Below are positions 63,448 through 64,000 of a DNA stretch of 64,000 nt, piece by piece (the first letter of the stretch is position 1; each line of letters starts with the position of its first letter). The notes under the pieces are model-generated. The model was not told the DNA's origin. It saw only the letters and a program-made list of their open reading frames with translations, and did not search any database. Made by a program: the position numbers and the translations under genes. The stretch is from a virus: IMG/VR virus record IMGVR_UViG_3300025436_000002, positions 106,201 through 170,200 of that record. One strand, written 5' to 3'.

Positions 63448-64000
63448 ATGATGTTACCTAATATAAATAGACTAATTCATGAGATAAAAGGGATTGAGTA
63501 TCATAAGGTACTCAATCCTAAACTCTGGAATAATTTCATATTAAAGAAAGAGGTTAGAGATAAGTTATTAGAAATAGCTGATCTCTTTATAGGTTTCTTA
63601 GATGTAGACTTAGACAAACATGATGTTTCAGATATAGTCTTTACTGGTTCCTCGGCTAACTTTAACTATACAAAGTATTCAGATGTTGATTTACACGTTA
63701 TAGTCGATTATGACAGAATACATAAAAATTGTCCTATTGTTGGAGAATTCTTAGATGCTAAGAAGTCGCTATTTAATAAAAAACATGAGTTATCTTTATT
63801 TGGACACCCTGTTGAGGTATATGTAGAAGATTTAGACAATCCTGCAACGTCTAGCGGAGTATATTCAATACTTAAAGACACTTGGGTAACTAAACCTACC
63901 TATGCAAATATAAAGATTGACGATCGTTCTGTGCAAGCTAAATACAACCATCTAAAAAGTATAATAATTGACATTATTAAAAATGATGACAACTTAGACG
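63448..64000 (+). CDS. Phage nucleotidyltransferase (Pol-beta superfamily), truncated by window end
   Basis: Manual translation MMLPNINRLIHE...LNPKLW...DIVFTGSSANFNYTKYSDVDLHVIVD...PVEVYVED; not in ORF track because it has no stop in the window. Confidence 0.85.
   Translation, partial: MMLPNINRLIHEIKGIEYHKVLNPKLWNNFILKKEVRDKLLEIADLFIGFLDVDLDKHDVSDIVFTGSSANFNYTKYSDVDLHVIVDYDRIHKNCPIVGEFLDAKKSLFNKKHELSLFGHPVEVYVEDLDNPATSSGVYSILKDTWVTKPTYANIKIDDRSVQAKYNHLKSIIIDIIKNDDNLD

Noticed and set aside
1-64000. Alternative genetic code (stop-codon reassignment)
   Set aside because: TAA, TAG and TGA all terminate tag genes in register, and long genes are uninterrupted; the few in-frame stops are sporadic.
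1-64000. Diversity-generating retroelement as the source of variation
   Set aside because: No reverse transcriptase and no template/variable repeat pair with adenine-specific differences seen.

Overview
AT-rich, gene-dense, almost entirely plus-strand DNA with no core cellular genes. It is best read as an accessory region of a large (jumbo-type) tailed phage, based on the DRB0094-type RNA ligase, HAD phosphatase, GIY-YIG/HNH homing endonucleases, MT-A70 MTase, vWA-peptidase + MoxR AAA pair, amidase and fibre-like proteins. Family calls come from motif recognition by eye; no searches were run. Two interleaved gene programmes are visible. (1) About 39 mostly small ORFs, plus 4 cryptic or broken copies, end in the same 12-aa C-terminal tag, [IVL]xK[YFH]LMxxEL[LSM]K-stop. 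They lie mostly in ATGA/GTGA-coupled arrays in units with sigma70-like promoters. One ORF consists only of the tag, and some gene junctions are repeated almost exactly at the DNA level. Many sigma70-like promoters also carry an upstream TGTAA-N8-TWAYA box at a helically phased distance. (2) Fourteen loci follow a -10-only TTTATATTHTA motif, probably a late promoter. Thirteen proteins from these units share a basic amphipathic N-terminal leader, usually ending in [LI]xE, resembling capsid-targeting sequences. They include five amidoligase (COOH-NH2 ligase) paralogues, four ADP-ribosyltransferase-like proteins and a nucleotidyltransferase, a candidate virion-injected protein-modification arsenal. 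Two gamma-glutamylcyclotransferase-like genes could act as erasers. A ~200-nt structured non-coding transcript with its own promoter and terminator lies at about 34.0-34.2 kb.
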